Shown: positions 29,231 through 39,738 of the stretch, in pieces | How the letters are laid out: each line of letters begins with the position of its first letter | Position numbering within the stretch: position 1 is the first letter of the stretch | The notes under the pieces: generated by a model | What the model saw: only the letters and a program-made list of their open reading frames with translations | Told to the model about the DNA's origin: nothing | The model's database searches: none | Translations under genes and position numbers: made by a program | NCBI GenBank assembly: GCA_013138865.1 | Contig: WTBY01000033.1 | Location: 489-64,488, forward strand | Direction of reading: 5' to 3' | Length of the DNA stretch: 64,000 nucleotides | DNA from: Helicobacteraceae bacterium | GTDB taxonomy: Bacteria; Campylobacterota; Campylobacteria; Campylobacterales; Sulfurimonadaceae

Positions 29231-31109
29231 TTTTTTCCTTATTTAAGAGTACTACTTTAAAACATACTCCACTGTTTAAGCTATTCTTATCTTTTAAGTT
29301 TTCTACACTCAGAGCACCATTATGGTGCTCTTCGACGATCGTCTTTGACATGTATAAACCTAAACCTGTTCCATTTTTATCTTCCTTAGTTGAAAAATAT
29401 GGATCAAAAATTTTCTCAAGTAGTTCCTCTTCTATTCCTCCACCATTATCACAAACCTTAATCTCTACACCATCTGTTATATCTTTAGTATAAATTATAA
29501 TTTCAGCATTATTAAGATCTTTTTCTTGAAAATTATCTTGAGCATTTTTAAGTAGATTTAAATAGACTTGAACCAACTCATTTTTATGAAGTTTCATATC
29601 AATATGAGAGTCAAAATTTTCTACTACTTTTATATTGCTAGCTATTAATATAGGTTTAACAATATGCAATGCAGTTCTTATTGGGTCAGTAATACTGACT
29701 ACTTCCGCTACTTTATTAGGCTTATAAAAATTTCTAAAATCATCTATAGTTGTTGTTAAGTTAGATACAAAGCTATCTATGCCATTTAAACTATTTTGCA
29801 TATATTTTAAGAACTTGTCACGCTCATCTTCTTTTTCTAAGTTATAGCTTTTTAACTCTATCTGCATATTCATATCTATAGAAGTAGCAGAAATAGCAGA
29901 GAGTGGTTGTCTCCATTGATGTGCGATCATACTAATCATCTCTCCCATTTGTGCTAAACGTGAGTGCTGTAACATTTGCTGATCTTTTTTTCTGTTCTTC
30001 TCTACTTCTTCACTAACTTTTAATGTAAGAGTCTCATTAAATTTTAAAATCTCTTTACGAGATGCTTGAAGTTTTCTATTACTTTGTTCTATAAAATTCT
30101 TATAGTTATTTTCTTTATATAACAAAAAAAGTACAACTGCCATCAAAATATTTAAAATTGTAAACATATACTGAAAATGCTTATTCTGTTTATAGATAAA
30201 ATCAGCACTACTACTTACAACAAAAAGACCAACTAATTTTTTACTTATTGGATTTTGAACTTTTATAAAAGTTATAATCTGTTCTCTTTTTGTATCATAT
30301 AGTGAAATTGACTTAGAGTCTTTAGTTAAATTTTCTATAGTTTCAATAGTTGTTTGAGAAAAAGGTTGTGTAACCTTAATATTTTTCAACTCCATAATTT
30401 CTTTATACATCGCTTTTTCTAAGTAATATTTTTTTATAGGTGAGTGCATATAGTTACTTTTTTCTTCATCAAAAACTTTTTGCTCAACTACACTTTTAAG
30501 TATTAAAAAATTTGAGACAACATCATGACTTTTTATAAACTGAGAGTTCAAAGCAAGTGTATTAAAAGAGATCTCTACACTACCTATATGTTCTTTTTCA
30601 TAAAATAGTGGGTATACAAACCTATACCCATTATAAATTCTACCCTCTTCAAAACCATCAATTGGTTTTTTATTTTTATTAACATACTTAATAGTTGCAC
30701 GTATATCAGTTAAGTTATCACCAAACTTTTTTGGTCTGTGGAATCTTAAGAAGCTTTCATTATTTCGAAGGTGAAAGTGAAGTTGTTTAATATTAAATGT
30801 TTTTAGAAGTTTATATGTATTATGCAAATATTTATGTAGTTGAACTCTAGCTTCATTTTTAAGCTTTTCATTAGTATTTGTTGCATTTTTAAAAATTTCT
30901 AATATTTGAGGGGTATTTATTTTAGTTACATATACAACTTCTGCTAGTCTTTTGTGCTCTTTATAGAGTATATTATAGTCTAAAAGGTACTCTTCGGTTT
31001 TTGAATTTAAATAGCTCTTGATTTCTTCATTTTTTGAGTAGTATAATATAGAATAAGTAATCGTAGAGAAAAGAGCAAAAAGTACAACAAACAAAAATAT
31101 TTTTTTCAT
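29220..31109 (-). CDS. sensor histidine kinase with periplasmic Cache-like domain
   Basis: Two TM segments flank a roughly 300-aa extracytoplasmic region. H-box IAHQWRQPL. HATPase N and G boxes (LLKNAQDN, DNGGGI, GTGLGLYM). It overlaps the regulator gene by 11 nt. Confidence 0.85.
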   Translation of the reverse strand: MKKIFLFVVLFALFSTITYSILYYSKNEEIKSYLNSKTEEYLLDYNILYKEHKRLAEVVYVTKINTPQILEIFKNATNTNEKLKNEARVQLHKYLHNTYKLLKTFNIKQLHFHLRNNESFLRFHRPKKFGDNLTDIRATIKYVNKNKKPIDGFEEGRIYNGYRFVYPLFYEKEHIGSVEISFNTLALNSQFIKSHDVVSNFLILKSVVEQKVFDEEKSNYMHSPIKKYYLEKAMYKEIMELKNIKVTQPFSQTTIETIENLTKDSKSISLYDTKREQIITFIKVQNPISKKLVGLFVVSSSADFIYKQNKHFQYMFTILNILMAVVLFLLYKENNYKNFIEQSNRKLQASRKEILKFNETLTLKVSEEVEKNRKKDQQMLQHSRLAQMGEMISMIAHQWRQPLSAISATSIDMNMQIELKSYNLEKEDERDKFLKYMQNSLNGIDSFVSNLTTTIDDFRNFYKPNKVAEVVSITDPIRTALHIVKPILIASNIKVVENFDSHIDMKLHKNELVQVYLNLLKNAQDNFQEKDLNNAEIIIYTKDITDGVEIKVCDNGGGIEEELLEKIFDPYFSTKEDKNGTGLGLYMSKTIVEEHHNGALSVENLKDKNSLNSGVCFKVVLLNKEKNEN

Positions 31110-31166
31110 ATCTAACCTCTTTATAAACTAGTTTATTAAAAGATAGCATAAATTGAGGTTAAATAT

Positions 31167-31201
31167 AAATATTTATAATATAAAGATAATTATAAATATT
31201 T
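31167..31201. repeat. perfect 13-bp inverted repeat AAATATTTATAAT-N9-ATTATAAATATTT
   Basis: Read directly from the sequence. It overlaps the mutS2 stop codon and lies upstream of the histidine kinase gene. Confidence 0.8.
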
Positions 31202-33416
31202 ACAAAGTTACTACCTTGGCTCCAAAACCACCCATATGTGCAGGTGCATCTTCGTACTTTATAACTGATGGATGAACTTTTAAAAACTCTTTTACAGCGT
31301 AGGATAATTTACCTGTTCCTATGCCATGGTAAATGATCACTTCATCAAAACCATTGATAAGTGCATCAGATAAAAAAACATCTAATTTTTCTAAGGCTTC
31401 TTCTGCATATAACCCATGAAGATCAAGTTTTAGTCCACCACGTTTTTCAGTAGTTCTTTGAATTTGTGCTTTATGTGGTTTTTTAGGTTGGTTGCCACTT
31501 GGTTTAAGCTCATGCAACTTAACACGAAGACGCATGCCCTCCACTTCAACCGTTGCTTCTTTAGACTTTAAAGAGATAATAAGACCATTTTTAGATCTAT
31601 ATTTAACCTTATCACCAACTTTAAAGTTATAGTTCTTTTTAGCACTTGGCTCTACTTGTATATCTTGAGGGAGTTGTTTAGAAGCTTTATTCATCGCACG
31701 ATGAATATCTTCTTTAGTTCCACCTTTTACAGCTTTTTTAGCCTCATCAATCGCACCTTGGTAACTATGCTTTAGCCTTGCTTTTTTATTAAGTAGTTCA
31801 CTCTCAAGTAAAAGCATTTTTTCTTTAAGCTCTTGCTCTTTAGCTTGTAGTTCGGCAATACGTTCATCAACTTGAAAGTTTTTCTTTTTTAGTTCACGCT
31901 CTAGTTCAGATCCACGCTCTATTAACATGTTTAGTTTCTCATGGTTTTCACCAAAAAGAGTTCTTGCCTCATCTACTATATATGGTTTTATTCCATAACG
32001 TATAGCTGTCTCAAACGCGTAACTTTTTCCTATTATTCCATGTAAAAACTCATATGTGGGTAGACGTTTTTCTTCATCATAAATAGCCGCCATAAGATCA
32101 ACATCATCCCTATCAGCCATAAGTGCAGCAAGACGTTTATGGTGAGTGGTCACTACTATTTTAGAGCCTTTTTTTATAAGCTCATCTAAAATAACTTTAA
32201 ATAGTGCCGCGGCTTCATCACTATCAGTTCCTAGCTCAATCTCATCAACTCCAATCAGAGCTGAATGCTTAGAAAAAAGGTGTGTAAACTGTAACATTCG
32301 ACCAGCAAAAGTAGAAATATCATTTTTAACATTTTGAGGATCATCGATCACAGCTTCAACTTGCTTGAAACTTCCAATATGTGACTTATGTTTATCTATT
32401 TTCATAGGTATTAAGTACTTAGCCATAAAAGCAGCACTTAAAATTGACTTTAGAAGCATCGTTTTACCACCAGCATTTACACCAGTGATCATAAGAACAT
32501 TTTTATTAAAGTCAACATCTACACTTTTTGCATTACTAAGTGCTGGATGTTTAAAACCATTTAGACTTATACAATCGCTATTAGAAGTTGCTTGAATAAT
32601 CTGCATATTATATGCTCTAGCATATAGTACACGAGCTTGATAGTGATCTAGTTTATCAAACTCTTTATCTACAAACTTTATAAATGGAGTTAGTGAGTAC
32701 ATGGTTGTTGAAAAAGTTTTTGCATACTCATAAAACAGAGCTTCTCTCTCTTGGTTTATATGACGAATCTGCTCTTTAGTTTTAGTGATCGAGTCTGGTG
32801 AAACATAAAAAAAACCTCCACTACTACGCCCTACTACACTACCTTTTAAAACATGGTTAAAACCACCACGTACAAGTAATGTCTCCTCTTCATTTATGTA
32901 GTGAATCTGAGTGTCCACCAAGTAAGAGGCTAACTTTGAAGAGTAGACAAGTCGCTTCATAGAGCTACTTATGTCACCTTTTAAAGTTGAGATACGCTGG
33001 TTTAGTCCATATAGTTGCTCATCTTTTGACTCTTCAAACTTTCCATCTTCATTAAAGTAACTCTCTATTTCACTAAACTCACGCGGTATCTCAATTTTAG
33101 AAAACCATTCACCTAAAAGTCCATCTAAAGATCTGTTTTTAAAGTAACGAAAATAACGAAGAATTTTTATTATAGAAAATATCTGTTCAAAACGAAGAAC
33201 ACCCTTCTTATTTAAAAAAGCTAAAATATTATGAAAGTATTCTACTTTTGGAGCTGCTTTAAACTCTAGCTTCTCTAAAGCAGTTATAAATTTATAATGA
33301 CGTTCTTGATCGCCCTCTATAAAAAGTTCTTTCTCACGAGATAGAAATGTGTTAAAAGAGTCTATATGAGAAGTTAAGTCTAACTTCTCAATTGTAGGTA
33401 TATTTTTAGAATTCAT
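31200..33416 (-). CDS. mutS2: endonuclease MutS2 (MutS ATPase plus C-terminal Smr domain)
   Basis: Walker A GVNAGGKT, MutS domain V pattern, and a C-terminal Smr (LDLHGL...HGIGTGKL). Confidence 0.9.
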   Translation of the reverse strand: MNSKNIPTIEKLDLTSHIDSFNTFLSREKELFIEGDQERHYKFITALEKLEFKAAPKVEYFHNILAFLNKKGVLRFEQIFSIIKILRYFRYFKNRSLDGLLGEWFSKIEIPREFSEIESYFNEDGKFEESKDEQLYGLNQRISTLKGDISSSMKRLVYSSKLASYLVDTQIHYINEEETLLVRGGFNHVLKGSVVGRSSGGFFYVSPDSITKTKEQIRHINQEREALFYEYAKTFSTTMYSLTPFIKFVDKEFDKLDHYQARVLYARAYNMQIIQATSNSDCISLNGFKHPALSNAKSVDVDFNKNVLMITGVNAGGKTMLLKSILSAAFMAKYLIPMKIDKHKSHIGSFKQVEAVIDDPQNVKNDISTFAGRMLQFTHLFSKHSALIGVDEIELGTDSDEAAALFKVILDELIKKGSKIVVTTHHKRLAALMADRDDVDLMAAIYDEEKRLPTYEFLHGIIGKSYAFETAIRYGIKPYIVDEARTLFGENHEKLNMLIERGSELERELKKKNFQVDERIAELQAKEQELKEKMLLLESELLNKKARLKHSYQGAIDEAKKAVKGGTKEDIHRAMNKASKQLPQDIQVEPSAKKNYNFKVGDKVKYRSKNGLIISLKSKEATVEVEGMRLRVKLHELKPSGNQPKKPHKAQIQRTTEKRGGLKLDLHGLYAEEALEKLDVFLSDALINGFDEVIIYHGIGTGKLSYAVKEFLKVHPSVIKYEDAPAHMGGFGAKVVTL

Positions 33417-33428
33417 TAAATATATTGA

Positions 33429-34970
33429 CTAGTGTAAAAAGTGTCTTTTACCACTGAAGTAAAGACTCATTCCATACTCATTTGCTGCATCTATAACCTC
33501 ATCGTCTCTTACACTTCCACCAGGCTCAATTACAGTTTTAACACCAGCCTCTGCTGCTGCGTCTATTGAGTCACGAAATGGAAAGAAAGCCTCACTAGCT
33601 AGTGCAGATCCACTAACATCTAGTCCCATCTCTTTTGCTTTTGAGAGTGCACATTTAGAAGCATCAACACGACTAGTCATACCCATACCTACAGCCACCA
33701 TTGCTGAGTTTTTAACGTAAACTACACAGTTTGACTTAACTAAAGAAGCAAGTTTATAAGCTATTTCTGCATCTTTTAACTCTTGAGCTGTTGCTTCTCT
33801 TGACGTTTTAAGTTCAGAATTTTTAACTTCATCAGCTTCAACTATATCTGCATCTTGGTAAACAAAACCACCATCAACATGTTTGAAATCTTTCTCATCA
33901 TAATTTAGTACTATACGATCGTGCCCATACTCAAAAAGTTTAAGTCTCTTTTTCTTAGCAAAAACTTCTTGTGCTTCGGCAGTTATACGTCCAGCGATCA
34001 CAACCTCTAAAAACATCTCATTCATTTTTTCAGCAAGGTCAGCTTCAACTACACCATTAACTGCAACAACACCACCAAAGGCAGAAATACTATCACACTT
34101 AAGTGCATCTTCATATGCGTCCATTAGGTTATCACGAATTGCAAAACCACACGGATTACCATGTTTTACGATCGCGATCGCATTCTCATCTTTAAAAGCT
34201 GCTGCAATTTTTACAGCACCATTAAGATCGTTAAGGTTATTAAAGCTAGCTTCACCTTTTAGTGTTTTAAAGTTTTTAGAAAAGTAGTTATCAAACTCGT
34301 AAAGTGAACCATTTTGATGAGGGTTTTCACCATAACGAGTATCCATAACTTTGTTACCAACTATGAACTGTTTAGCACCCATACCGTTGTTAAAACGCTT
34401 GTTCATATAGTTAGCGATCATTGAGTCATATGCAGCAGTATGCTCATACGCTTTGATCATAAGATCTCTTCTAAACTCTATAGTATTAGCGTCATTTTCA
34501 AGTGCATTAAGAACAGAGTCATAATCAACTACATCAGTTACAATCATAACGTCATTAAAGTTTTTAGCAGCACTTCTAACCATAGCAGGTCCACCAATAT
34601 CAATGTTTTCTATAATATCATCAAAGTTATCAGTAGACTCGATCGTAGCTTTAAATGGGTAGAGGTTTACACACACTAGGTCTATCGCTTCTACTCCTAA
34701 CTCTTTAGCTTGGTCAATGTGAGAAATTTTATCACGTCTATGTAAAATTCCACCATGAACGAAAGGGTTAAGAGTTTTAACACGCCCTTCAAAACACTCT
34801 GGAAACTTTGTAACTTCATCGATCTCGATCGCATCTATACCTGAGCTTTTTAACATTTTATATGTTCCGCCCGTAGATATAATCTCAAAGTCACATTTAA
34901 CTAAACGAGTTGCAAACTCAACAACACCACTTTTATCACTAACACTAATTAACGCTCTTTTCATATACAT
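33429..34970 (-). CDS. purH: bifunctional AICAR transformylase / IMP cyclohydrolase
   Basis: MGS-like N-terminus ([15 protein letters not shown]) and a full-length AICARFT domain ending in RHFLH. Confidence 0.95.
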   Translation of the reverse strand: MYMKRALISVSDKSGVVEFATRLVKCDFEIISTGGTYKMLKSSGIDAIEIDEVTKFPECFEGRVKTLNPFVHGGILHRRDKISHIDQAKELGVEAIDLVCVNLYPFKATIESTDNFDDIIENIDIGGPAMVRSAAKNFNDVMIVTDVVDYDSVLNALENDANTIEFRRDLMIKAYEHTAAYDSMIANYMNKRFNNGMGAKQFIVGNKVMDTRYGENPHQNGSLYEFDNYFSKNFKTLKGEASFNNLNDLNGAVKIAAAFKDENAIAIVKHGNPCGFAIRDNLMDAYEDALKCDSISAFGGVVAVNGVVEADLAEKMNEMFLEVVIAGRITAEAQEVFAKKKRLKLFEYGHDRIVLNYDEKDFKHVDGGFVYQDADIVEADEVKNSELKTSREATAQELKDAEIAYKLASLVKSNCVVYVKNSAMVAVGMGMTSRVDASKCALSKAKEMGLDVSGSALASEAFFPFRDSIDAAAEAGVKTVIEPGGSVRDDEVIDAANEYGMSLYFSGKRHFLH

Positions 34971-34989
34971 TCCTATTTTAATTTATTTT

Positions 34990-35736
34990 TTAAAGAAGAA
35001 CTTGTTGTTCATCTAACACTTCAATATTTAAACCATACTCTTCAATCTCTTTTTTAATAACATCCATATATACAAACTTTATATGATTTACATAAACTTT
35101 CAGATCATCACGGTTAAGTTTACTTAACTCGTCTTTTAATATTTTTGGTGTTAAGTGTTTACTATCAATAGCTAACTGATGTAAAAATGAAGGAAATGAT
35201 AGTTCTGTTACAAGAACCTTTATATCTTTGTTCTCATTTAATATATCATATATATTATTACATATATGTGTATCAGATGTGATCATTAAATAGTTATTTA
35301 TAATAAAACCACAACTACCTTTAGTATGATTATTTTCAAAAGGCATAATAGAATTTTCACCTATTTTATAGACCTTGTTATACTCAATTTCATGATATTT
35401 TATAACAGGTTTATCTGAGTTAATAAGGTTAATTTTAGAAAAATCTGGCCAGACTGAGTTGTTAAAAATACACTCCTTTATAACCTTTAAAACTTCATGT
35501 ATTCCAAAAATATTTATCTGATGTTTTAACTTTTCAAACTTTGCGTCAATTATAAGAGGAAGATCAACTATATGATCTAAATGTGGGTGTGTTATAAATA
35601 TGTTTTCTACTTCTAAAAACCTATCATCAAGTCCAATTATTAAGTTTCCTGCATCAATAATATTTTTTTCATCTATTAAAAAAGTTGTTAAAGAGGAGTC
35701 TTTACCTTTTGTTCCGTGAGCACCAATAATTTCCAT
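34990..35736 (-). CDS. metallo-beta-lactamase-fold hydrolase resembling class II cyclic-nucleotide phosphodiesterase
   Basis: HPHLDH motif (ITHPHLDHIVDLP), close to the class II cNMP phosphodiesterase signature HxHLDH. Confidence 0.55.
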   Translation of the reverse strand: MEIIGAHGTKGKDSSLTTFLIDEKNIIDAGNLIIGLDDRFLEVENIFITHPHLDHIVDLPLIIDAKFEKLKHQINIFGIHEVLKVIKECIFNNSVWPDFSKINLINSDKPVIKYHEIEYNKVYKIGENSIMPFENNHTKGSCGFIINNYLMITSDTHICNNIYDILNENKDIKVLVTELSFPSFLHQLAIDSKHLTPKILKDELSKLNRDDLKVYVNHIKFVYMDVIKKEIEEYGLNIEVLDEQQVLL

Positions 35737-35740
35737 ATAA

Positions 35741-36421
35741 CTACCTACTATCTGCTAAATTAAAGCGGTGATATTTTATTGCTTCATTAATCATCTCAGA
35801 ATATTTATCGCCCAAAGCTGAGTAACGAAATAGCCCTGTTGATATTTTAAAAGGATTTTGTCTACTTTTCATTTTAAGTTTTCTAAACTCTTTGAAAGCT
35901 CGTTTTGTAGCTAAAAAGTAGTAATAACCAGCTATAGAGCCATCAAGTGTTGCGTACTTTCTAACCCAAACAGTATGACCATGGTTAGTATCTTCTGCTT
36001 TCATACGTGGTACACTTGAGTCAAATGCATGTACACCAAAAATATTGTTTCCTTCTCTAAAAAAGCGCGAGCTCCCCCAACCACTTTCGATAGAAGCTTG
36101 CGCCAAAGTTATACTTTGAGGAAATGGCTTAAGTGCTTGAAGTAGCGCTTCGTTAGTGTTAGCATCATACTTACATAGTTGCTTAGATAACCATTGGCTT
36201 TGAGCTTCACTAGGCTTTGACATATCTATAATAACTTCTGCTTTTTCATACGTTTTTTGATATTTTTCATGAATATCATTGATAGCAGGGAGTAATTTTT
36301 CTATAAAAACTTTTTGATCGCTATTTAGTTTCATCTTATCTACTACTGAAATTACACTTTGTGCCAAAACTGTTGTAGTTAAAAATACGCTACAAACTAA
36401 TAATTTTAAACTATTTTTCAT
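35741..36421 (-). CDS. secreted N-acetylglucosaminidase-domain protein (Bax/FlgJ-like)
   Basis: Signal peptide. Motif LAQASIESGWGSSRFFREGNNIFG typical of the glucosaminidase (GH73-like) domain. Confidence 0.7.
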   Translation of the reverse strand: MKNSLKLLVCSVFLTTTVLAQSVISVVDKMKLNSDQKVFIEKLLPAINDIHEKYQKTYEKAEVIIDMSKPSEAQSQWLSKQLCKYDANTNEALLQALKPFPQSITLAQASIESGWGSSRFFREGNNIFGVHAFDSSVPRMKAEDTNHGHTVWVRKYATLDGSIAGYYYFLATKRAFKEFRKLKMKSRQNPFKISTGLFRYSALGDKYSEMINEAIKYHRFNLADSR

Positions 36422-37105
36422 CTATTTATTTCCCATGTTGTCTAATGGACAATTTGCTTTAACTAATCTATCACTTAGAATATTTGCAAAATTTTTAAAT
36501 ATTTGTGTATATATATCTTCTTCGCCTACTTCTGCTTTAGCTTTAATGTTAAAACGAAGAAGTGCTGTTGCGTTGTCATTTGAAATAACTGAAGCACTAC
36601 GAGGCTGTTTTGTGATGTATGCCATCTCACCAAAAACATCTTTAATATGAAGTGTTACTATTATTTTTTTATTCATAACAACGTTTACACTACCTTTAAT
36701 AATAAAATAGATCTCTTCACCATCATCATTAATATCAAAAACGGTCTCACCTTTTTTTACTTTTAGAATACGCACATTAGCACATATAGAGGCTAATGCT
36801 TCATCATTAATACTATCAAAAAACTGTAATCTATTTTTAACTTTTATAAGTGTTAGTTGCGCTTCATTTAAAACTGACTTTGTTTTTGGTGGCGTTGCTA
36901 ATTCATCAATTTTTGATTTTAATTCACTGATTTCTTTATTTTTAGAGTTAATAATGTTATTTATTATAGACGCTTTTATCATATAAAATAGTGACATTTT
37001 GTCTTTTGTTACTAAAATTTTACGTCCATTTCTTGCATGATTACTATAGCGTTCTAAGTTTTGACTCAACTCATCATACGTAATTTTATCTTCTGGTTCA
37101 CTCAT
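36422..37105 (-). CDS. cyclic-nucleotide-binding domain protein with N-terminal coiled coil
   Basis: C-terminal CNB fold signature (FGEMAYI...RSASV). Confidence 0.7.
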   Translation of the reverse strand: MSEPEDKITYDELSQNLERYSNHARNGRKILVTKDKMSLFYMIKASIINNIINSKNKEISELKSKIDELATPPKTKSVLNEAQLTLIKVKNRLQFFDSINDEALASICANVRILKVKKGETVFDINDDGEEIYFIIKGSVNVVMNKKIIVTLHIKDVFGEMAYITKQPRSASVISNDNATALLRFNIKAKAEVGEEDIYTQIFKNFANILSDRLVKANCPLDNMGNK

Positions 37106-37192
37106 TTTCGCTCCATAACTATTATAAGGTTTTTATTTTAACATATATATAATGAAAAACTTTATAAGATTGTAGTATTAAAGGTTTATATT

Positions 37193-38155
37193 ATGAAAAG
37201 AATAGCAATTTTATGTTCAGGTGGTGAAGCATCAGGAATGAATCCAGCACTTAAACGATTTGTTGAGTACTCTTATGAGTTAAATTTAACTCCTTTTTTT
37301 ATATATGATGGTTTAAATGGTCTTATAGATAACAATATAAAAGAAGCATCTTTTAAATTAGTAAGCGGAATTATTAGTCGTGGTGGAACTATTATAAGGA
37401 CATCAAGATCACCACGATTTAAAGAGCTTGAATTTAGAGAAATTGCATTTGAAAATTTAAAACAACATAATATAACTATGCTTGTTATTCTTGGTGGTGA
37501 TGGTACGATTAGAGCATTAGATATTTTCTATAAAGAGTTCAATATACCATTCTGTGCTATTCCTGCTACTATTGATAATGATATATTTGCTTCATCATAT
37601 AGCTTAGGTGTTGATACTGCTTTAAACTCCATTAAGAACTCTATCGACTCTATTCGCGATAGTGCCTCATCATTTAATAGAGCGTTTGTTATTGAGACTA
37701 TGGGAAGAGAGTGTGGTTATTTAGCACTTATTTCAGCTATGACATCTGGTGCAGAAATTTGTCTAATTCCTGAGGTTGAGTATGATCTTGAAAAAATAAG
37801 AACAAAAGCACTACAGCAAATTAAAAATGGTAGAACATATTTTATAGCGGTTGTATCTGAGGGAATTAAACAGAGTTCTGAAGAGATTGCTTTATGGTTT
37901 GAAAAGGAGTTAAATATAGAAGCTAGAGTTACAAAACTAGGACATACTCAAAGAGGTGGAAACCCAACTGTTTACGATCGCGTTATGGCTTACAAGTTTG
38001 TAACACTTGCTATTGATACGCTCAATAGTAACCACTCAAGTAGTGTTATCTGTTTTAACGACTCACACTTTGAGTATAAGAGTATAAGTGAAGTAAGTAA
38101 TCAGAAAAATATTTTAGACCAAGAACTTATAGAAGAGGCAAAAAAGTTTAACTAA
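37193..38155 (+). CDS. pfkA: ATP-dependent 6-phosphofructokinase
   Basis: Motifs GGDGT, PATIDNDI, METMGRECGYLA, LGHTQRGG. Confidence 0.9.
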   Translation: MKRIAILCSGGEASGMNPALKRFVEYSYELNLTPFFIYDGLNGLIDNNIKEASFKLVSGIISRGGTIIRTSRSPRFKELEFREIAFENLKQHNITMLVILGGDGTIRALDIFYKEFNIPFCAIPATIDNDIFASSYSLGVDTALNSIKNSIDSIRDSASSFNRAFVIETMGRECGYLALISAMTSGAEICLIPEVEYDLEKIRTKALQQIKNGRTYFIAVVSEGIKQSSEEIALWFEKELNIEARVTKLGHTQRGGNPTVYDRVMAYKFVTLAIDTLNSNHSSSVICFNDSHFEYKSISEVSNQKNILDQELIEEAKKFN

Positions 38156-38676
38156 TAACCTAGCTTTTGTATAACATTTGAGAGACTTGGTACACTTTCT
38201 AGTTTACTTTGAACTCTATATTTTTCTAGAGCAACAACAACTTTTTGCTCCAAAGAGTTAGGTTCTTGAAAAAGAATATTCAAAATAAACTCTCTACCGC
38301 CTATCTCATTAAAAACATAAATTTGCTCTTGGCTAAGTTTAAAACTCTCTCTTAGGTTCAACTTTTTAATAACATCTTTTTCACTTTTATTTAAACTTAT
38401 ACTCTCTTTTGAGACTACGCTTTTAATATCGTGCATTAAAGTCACAATAGCTTTGGCTTTAAGTATTAACTCTTCACTACTTTTTTCACTCTTTTCAAGT
38501 AGTGTAAAAAGTATTTGTGTTCCACTTTTAAACTCTATTTTAGTAGCCTCTTTTAGTGCATCTTTATAGCTACCATATATATTTACAACATCTAACGCTT
38601 CATCAATTAGATCACTATTTTTTATATTTAAACCTTCAAGCAGGTATTCTGCTTGTTTATGTTTAGAGAGTTCCAT
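38152..38676 (-). CDS. hypothetical protein, last gene of the chemosensory block
   Basis: 174-aa ORF, helical, no recognisable motif. It overlaps the upstream gene by 14 nt and the convergent pfkA stop by 4 nt. Confidence 0.5.
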   Translation of the reverse strand: MELSKHKQAEYLLEGLNIKNSDLIDEALDVVNIYGSYKDALKEATKIEFKSGTQILFTLLEKSEKSSEELILKAKAIVTLMHDIKSVVSKESISLNKSEKDVIKKLNLRESFKLSQEQIYVFNEIGGREFILNILFQEPNSLEQKVVVALEKYRVQSKLESVPSLSNVIQKLGY

Positions 38677-39514
38677 CTTTTAAGCCTTTCGCTATAGCTT
38701 CATCACTATAACCTTTTTTTCTATAATATTCAACTGCTCGTTTAGTATCATCAACTACTTTTGCTTCACTACTTTTAGCAATATATAGCATCTCTATTTT
38801 ATTATAGTTTTGTACTAATGAGCTTATATTCATAATGTTATTTCGTAAAAAACGTGCCTCTTTATCATCACTAAAGAGCCACCTGATCGCACCATTAAAC
38901 ATTTCAGGTGTTCTTCCAGTTTCTGCTATATGCAATCTTAAAATATACTGACCATCTTGATTTTTAAACTCTTGGCGTACAAAACTTGGTTGCAATTTTT
39001 TTCTAAATGTATCAAAATTATTTACAACTCTTTTTATATCTAAGTGAAGTGAATCACTCTGATCTTTGAGTGAATGAGGCTTATGAAAGTCAACACTAAC
39101 TTCTTCTTTAATAATAACAGATGAATTGACTACGTTAACAATAGGGTTATTACTCTCTTTAGGCTCATCTTCTGTCTCAACTAAGGAGTTCTGAGTAAAG
39201 AGTTTATTAAGAGCCTTATATTCGATCCTATACATACTTACTTCATTCCAATTACCGGAGTTAAAAACTTTTATCTCTATTAGTTTATCATTATAAAGTT
39301 TCTTTGTTAAGTCATCTAGTTGTTCAAGTCTGAAAAATGGAAAAAACTCTTGAAGTTCTTTTAGAGTAGTTTTATACCATGCAACACTATTTATAAACTC
39401 TGCAGAATTTTGAAGCCATAAATGAAGTTGTTGTATAAAAATAGCCTCATTTAAACCTAAAAGAGTAGCCATTTCGACTTGAATAACAATAGGGGCTTTA
39501 TTTGTCATAAACAT
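38663..39514 (-). CDS. hypothetical protein, possible N-terminal winged-helix (DnaD/replication-organiser-like) region
   Basis: 283-aa ORF. The N-terminal pattern LLGLNEAIFIQQLHLWLQNS...WYKTTLKELQEFFPF weakly resembles wHTH domains of replication-organiser proteins. The rest is unassigned. Confidence 0.45.
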   Translation of the reverse strand: MFMTNKAPIVIQVEMATLLGLNEAIFIQQLHLWLQNSAEFINSVAWYKTTLKELQEFFPFFRLEQLDDLTKKLYNDKLIEIKVFNSGNWNEVSMYRIEYKALNKLFTQNSLVETEDEPKESNNPIVNVVNSSVIIKEEVSVDFHKPHSLKDQSDSLHLDIKRVVNNFDTFRKKLQPSFVRQEFKNQDGQYILRLHIAETGRTPEMFNGAIRWLFSDDKEARFLRNNIMNISSLVQNYNKIEMLYIAKSSEAKVVDDTKRAVEYYRKKGYSDEAIAKGLKDGTL

Positions 39515-39525
39515 CTAACTAATAT

Positions 39526-39732
39526 TTATGATGGTTTAATCATTATCTTAAAATTTTCACCAAGAGATTGAATAATAAAGTCATGCTTTTTACAAAAATC
39601 TTTTTTCATAGTAGCTACCATACGTTCTGCTTCTTCCTTAGCCTCTAAACTGCTATCAAAGTTTTGAGTCTCAACCATACCACTTCTCAAAAAACATCTA
39701 CATGCATTTTGTACTTCTACTTTTGCCATCAT
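39526..39732 (-). CDS. small hypothetical protein (68 aa, three Cys)
   Basis: ORF packed 6 nt after the receiver gene and 11 nt before the next gene. No motif recognised. Confidence 0.4.
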   Translation of the reverse strand: MMAKVEVQNACRCFLRSGMVETQNFDSSLEAKEEAERMVATMKKDFCKKHDFIIQSLGENFKIMIKPS

Positions 39733-39738
39733 AAACTC

